DNA of 64,000 bases, from the NCBI RefSeq assembly GCF_009914755.1, contig NC_060927.1; one strand, 5' to 3'. This document shows positions 56,043 to 64,000 of this stretch, one piece after another. A program made the translations under genes and the position numbers. The notes beneath the pieces were generated by a model, which was not told where the DNA came from, made no database searches, and worked only from the letters and a program-made list of their open reading frames with translations. Every line of letters starts with the position of its first letter. The stretch's first letter is position 1. This DNA is from the human T2T-CHM13v2.0 reference genome, Homo sapiens.

Positions 56043-57107
56043 GGGGCTGAAGAGATCTACAACAGTTCCCTCTTCCACTTTGCCTCCCTTTGCTGCTGGG
56101 ATGCATGATCACTGGCCAGAAAGTGAGCCCTTCCAACCACTTCCTTTTCTTCTTCACCTCTGCCTTACTCATCCTTTCTCTTTCATTCCTTGTCCTGCCT
56201 GTCCACCACCAACCCCCTTCTACTGAAGTCTCTAGAATTCTCTTTGCTTGACATGAAATATCACTATACAATGCAGTCTTTTCCCTAGAAAACTTAATAG
56301 CAATCCTTTTTTCAAGTAGAGGTCATTCAACCTTTCTTACTTTCTATAACTCAGGACAAAAAGTAAAAGACAGATTTTTCCCTCACTGATCATGGATGCT
56401 TCCAGATCACACTCATTCTAGAACTTTTCCTTTGAGGATTTCTTAAATACAGCACAGAAAAGCCTGATACATTTTTCAATATTAAAATTAAGAAAATAGG
56501 CTCAACAAAAGATAGCAAAAATAAAATTTTAAAAAAAGTTTAAAAATGCATTTGCCACTCAGAATTAGTGTCTAGAATATATAATGAGGTTCTATATACC
56601 AATTAAAAAATAACACCAATTTACAGAAAATGGGTAATAGATACATTGAAGCAATTCACAGACCAAGAAACATGAATACCCACAAAAATATGAAAAGATT
56701 CTTAACCACACTAGTAATTAGGGAAGTAGATGCCAAAACCTTAGTAAATATCATTTCACACCCTATTAAAAAGTTGGATAATATCAAGTGGAGATGACGA
56801 TATGGAGTAATGGAAACTTAGACTCCTGGAGAGAATATAAATGTTTATGACTACACGAAAGAGCAATTTGGCAGTATCTAGTCATGCTAAAGAAGCCCTC
56901 ACACTATGACCAAGAGTTTCACAGCTAGGTAAGACCAGAGCAGCTCTCACCCAGACGCACATGAAGATACGTAAAAGGTGTTCACTGGAGCAGTGTTTGA
57001 AATGAGACACATTAGAACTGACTTCATGTTCTCCAAGAGGAAGAAGGCTAAATTGCATATTCACATAATAAAAAACTATGCAGCAGTGAACGTGAACTCT
57101 CCCTCTC

Positions 57108-59580
<2,473 letters not shown>

Positions 59581-60065
59581 TCATTAAAGGAAACTTTATA
59601 TATAGTAAAAAAGTAAAGCAATGCTTGGAAATAATAAGCATCATATTAGAACAGTGGTTATATTGGTGAGAGTAGAAAGGAGAACAAATACGTTAGGATT
59701 TACACAGGTGACTGCAATAGTGTTGGTATAAAGCTTTCTTAAGCTGAGTGATAGATACAAAGGATAATAAATACCTTTTTAAATACACTTTTGGGTTTCT
59801 GAAATACTGATTAAGTTACAACAAATAATCTTTACTCTTTAAGACTCTGTAACTCAGCTCTATCACCCTCTCCCCACTGTTGTCACCATGATATATTGAT
59901 GAATTCTCATCCATACCCAGTATACAGTTCTGTCCATCCTTCCTACCACGTCCTGCATGACTTCAGCACTCCTACTGCTCAGCCAGCCAATGACTTCACA
60001 CTTCCTGGGTCTCTTACATTCCAGCAACCTTTAACTGCACTTGTCTTAGTAATGCACAAGCTATG

Positions 60066-60713
<648 letters not shown>

Positions 60714-61339
60714 CACAGGTTGCATTTTGGATCTTGTCACCCAGAACATCTCTACCCAATACCCCTGGCACTCTCTTCTGCTTTTTCCTTGCACTTGCCC
60801 AGCTAATATTCCCTTTGATCTCCTGGGGGCTCTATTTCCTTGACTTTCTTCCTCCATTCCTCCCCTGAGTTATTTTCTTCTTTCCTAGCAAACTAGGACC
60901 TATAACCAACACCTTAGAGCTCTGGTTGCAACTGTCTTACCCAACTCCAGGTGTCCACTTTCTCAAATCCTGGCTTGGGATGCTGAACAATGCTAACAGA
61001 AATCATGTGATCGCCCTGATCAGCATCATTTCAAATCTGTTTTCTCCAGAGCAGGGTGACTCTAGGTCCTGATGCCACTCTTTTCACTCACCCCTAGTTG
61101 AAATCATTATCTGCCTTAAATATCAGCTCTGGCTCCCCTTTGCCTAGAACGGCGAGCTAACTGTGGCCTGCAGAGCTAATGGCTCAGGGAGGTGCCACAG
61201 GAGTGAGCCCGGGAGGAGAACACCTCTTTGGCAAGCTCTGCCTCCCCATCCTTGCTTCAATCTGAGTTGGTCTGCTTTAATCATTTAAAATATTGGTCTT
61301 ACAAGTAAGATTTCACATAATAAAAAAGGGAGGAGTCCT

Positions 61340-61790
61340 GCTCTGCAAAATCTTTGAGTGGCTTTCTATTACACTTGGTATAACACATAAACCCATTACT
61401 TACATGGAGTTTGTGGGATGTAGCTCTGTCCTCCTCTCCAACCTCATCTAGCGCTATTCATCCCCGGCATCCCACACTGCAGATACAACTCTACTCTCAC
61501 CTCTAGGCTCATGTGCCTTCTACCGGCACACAGACCTGTTCCTCTGTTCTTTGTATGCCTGATGCTTCGTTCTCAAATTTCTCCTTACGTGTCACCTGCC
61601 CTGGTCTTCCTCATTATTCTCTATCACACTACCTTATTCATCTCCTTAACAACACTTCTTGCCATCTTCATTCAACTTTTTTGTTTCTTTCCTCATTCAT
61701 TGTCTGTTTGTCCCCTCACTAGACTGTAACCGCCGTGATGGGAGGCATCACGTTTGTTTCATTTAACAATTAGTAGCAGAGCCAAGGAGT
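61340..61790 (+). mobile_element. L2 fragment
   Basis: 'ctcctctccaacctcatct', 'tgtcccctcactagactgtaa...gatgggaggc'. Confidence 0.6.
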
Positions 61791-62999
61791 AGCTTCAGCC
61801 CCTCTTCTAAGGCTCAGAGTAGGAAAATGGATTTGAAATGATGCTGATCAGGACCTTCACCCCAAACTGCCTCAAATAAATAACTAAAGGAGAAACAGCA
61901 TCCTTTGGTGCACATCCTTGCTGTACACATAAGGCTTTGTAGAAGGTGCCATGGCTCTCTCCGTTCCAGTCAGATGCTGCCCATGGACCTTTGTACAGAG
62001 AAATCCTGGAGGTGCGCTGGGATCAGTGTATCCCTAGTGTATCCTATTCACATACATAGAAGCACACAGGAACATTTTTTTGAATGAATCAATCTTTGAA
62101 AGTTTGAAAAATGCCAGCTGAGGAAATAAAGTTCACCTCTCCTAAATCACTTCGAGGAAGAAAACTAATTGGAAATCAGTTTTCTCACTTCTCCTGATAA
62201 TCCATTACTTACCCATTGTCCTATTCCAGGACAAAAGACAACACACTACACAAAGAAAAAACTCTCCTTCCCAACACATGTGCTACATTGAATCTCCAGA
62301 TATGATGAACTGAGACACTTACAGAGTTAAGTGTGAAAGGGCGAACTGATTTCACAATAAATTGGTTAACTATTTAAGTGTTTCAAGATTCTACTTAAGT
62401 GTACTCAGTCCATCTTGATGTAAGTAGCAAACTTTCAAAAGTTTGGAATGCCTGTCATTGTGGCAATATGCAAGTGCACTGCAGGACACAGAACAGTAGT
62501 TAATTACTTCAAATATATGAGACAGATTAGATATGATCAGTAGTTAAGCAAGCCAAAATCCTAAACAGAAAAATCTCAGTGGTATCCATGTGTGTACACA
62601 GGTTGTCATGGCCACACCTTGGCTTGGCAAGTGCATCCAGGAACATTTTCTCCTAGGCTGCCTTTTCCCTTGCCTGTCATGATTGTCCACAAGCCTTATA
62701 ATAAAACATGGTGAGATAGCAAACGTGGGTTATGTGGGTGTGTTTGTCCTTCTCTGCAAACAAGATTCAGTCTTTCAGAAGAAATACACAAGCAGAAAAT
62801 GGCTTCAGACAAAAAAAACAGAGTAGTATCTATGGGTAATAGAAGGCACTGTGAAGGCGGATGGGTGCAGGGTGTTCAGGTGTGTGAATAGGGCATCTGG
62901 GTCAGTACAGGGATTGGAACTGAAATGGAGGTGACAGTGGAGGTTATACAGTAGGGAGAGTGAGTCTGATTATGATGACAGCTACAATTTTTTTTTAAA

Positions 63000-63220
63000 A
63001 TAACTCTGACAAACCAGGTACTGGGCCCTTTACTTAGGTTTGCTTTTTTAACCCTTTCAGAAATACTATGAGATAAGGGCTTTTATTATTCTCATTTTAT
63101 ATGTGAAGACACTGAGGCTCAAAGAGATGAAGTAATTTGCCGAAGGTCACGCAGTTAATTCCACAGTCAGGATTTTATCTAGGATTCCGTACTTCCAAAC
63201 TTTGTGCTTATAAACACTGT
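63000..63220 (-). mobile_element. MIR
   Basis: 'tctcattttatatgtgaagacactgaggctcaaagagatgaagtaatttgccgaaggtcacgcag'. Confidence 0.8.
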
Positions 63221-63812
63221 TCCATCAGTGTCCTCTGTTCCACTGTGTATGTTCCATACCGTTTCACTGTATTCTCTATTGGCAGGACAGTCTAGAGATT
63301 AGGAGAAAGGTTAAGCTTAGAGCTGTAATTGTAGGGGGAATTTCTTAGAACATAACAAAGACAATGAGAGAGTCAATCTCTGGCATCTTCCCCGAGGTGT
63401 GGTATACAGGTGGGACTTGGGGAGCACTGAGAATTTGTATTGGAGAAAGTATGTTCTGTTGTTCCTTAATTTGAGGATACAATAAAAAAAGAAGTAAATC
63501 TGTGGCTGAGGTGAAGGGCAGAACAGTAAAAGATACAGGAAAATAGATGTAAAACAATAACCACTAAAATGTACTGGCCAGTTTACTGAATGCTTAGAAT
63601 TGCTGATATTGGTTTTAGATTGAATTGCTTTTTCTTCAGGTAACTCCATGTAGCAGGGTCTAGGGTGAGATGCCTAAGAGGTGTATTTATTTAATGATAG
63701 TTAATGATATTCCTGAGTAGAAGGGAAGAGATCAGTTGGTTCTCCATAAGAGAAGTCAAAAAGGTTGCAACAAACTATGTAATTCCTGCCTCACTATCAG
63801 AAGAATGGAAAC

Positions 63813-64000
63813 TGGTATGGTTTGGCTGTGTCCCCACCCAAATCTCATCTTGAATTGTAGCTCCCACAATTCCCACGTGTTATGGGAGGGACCTGGTGGG
63901 AGATAATTGAATCACGGGGGGCAGGTCTTTCCCGTGCTGTTCTCATGATAGTGAATAAGTCTCATGAGATCTGATGGTTTCATAAAGGGGAGTTCCTCTG
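63813..64000 (+). mobile_element. THE1B-like LTR (runs off window end)
   Basis: 'tggtatggtttggctgtgtccccacccaaatctcatcttgaattgtagctccc'. Confidence 0.93.

Overview
Primate (human-like) non-coding genomic DNA: AT-rich, CpG-depleted and dominated by interspersed repeats (about 20 Alu J/S/Y copies, a ~9 kb antisense L1, older L1ME/L1MB/L1MC pieces, MIR, L2, L3/CR1, MER66/LTR33/MLT1/THE1 LTRs, hAT MITEs). I find no credible protein-coding gene, tRNA, rRNA or CRISPR array. The listed ORFs are Alu-, L1- or low-complexity-derived, or chance ORFs. The unusual signal is structural: several scars where DNA from about 0.6-2 kb away was copied into a new site, three of them inside palindromic AT-rich tracts. 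They are (i) a 684-bp inverted copy of an Alu doublet (58066-58749 = reverse complement of 60003-60687), (ii) a 73-bp direct copy (57412-57484 from 56486-56558), (iii) a two-piece 16+125-bp copy between ~100-bp inverted AT arms (19687-20020), and (iv) a ~167-bp copy inside the L1 (11583-11749 from 12494-12674). There is also an apparent L1-mediated retrocopy of an LTR transcript 3' end (16586-17059). Subfamily names come from recalled consensus features, and boundaries of old repeats are approximate.
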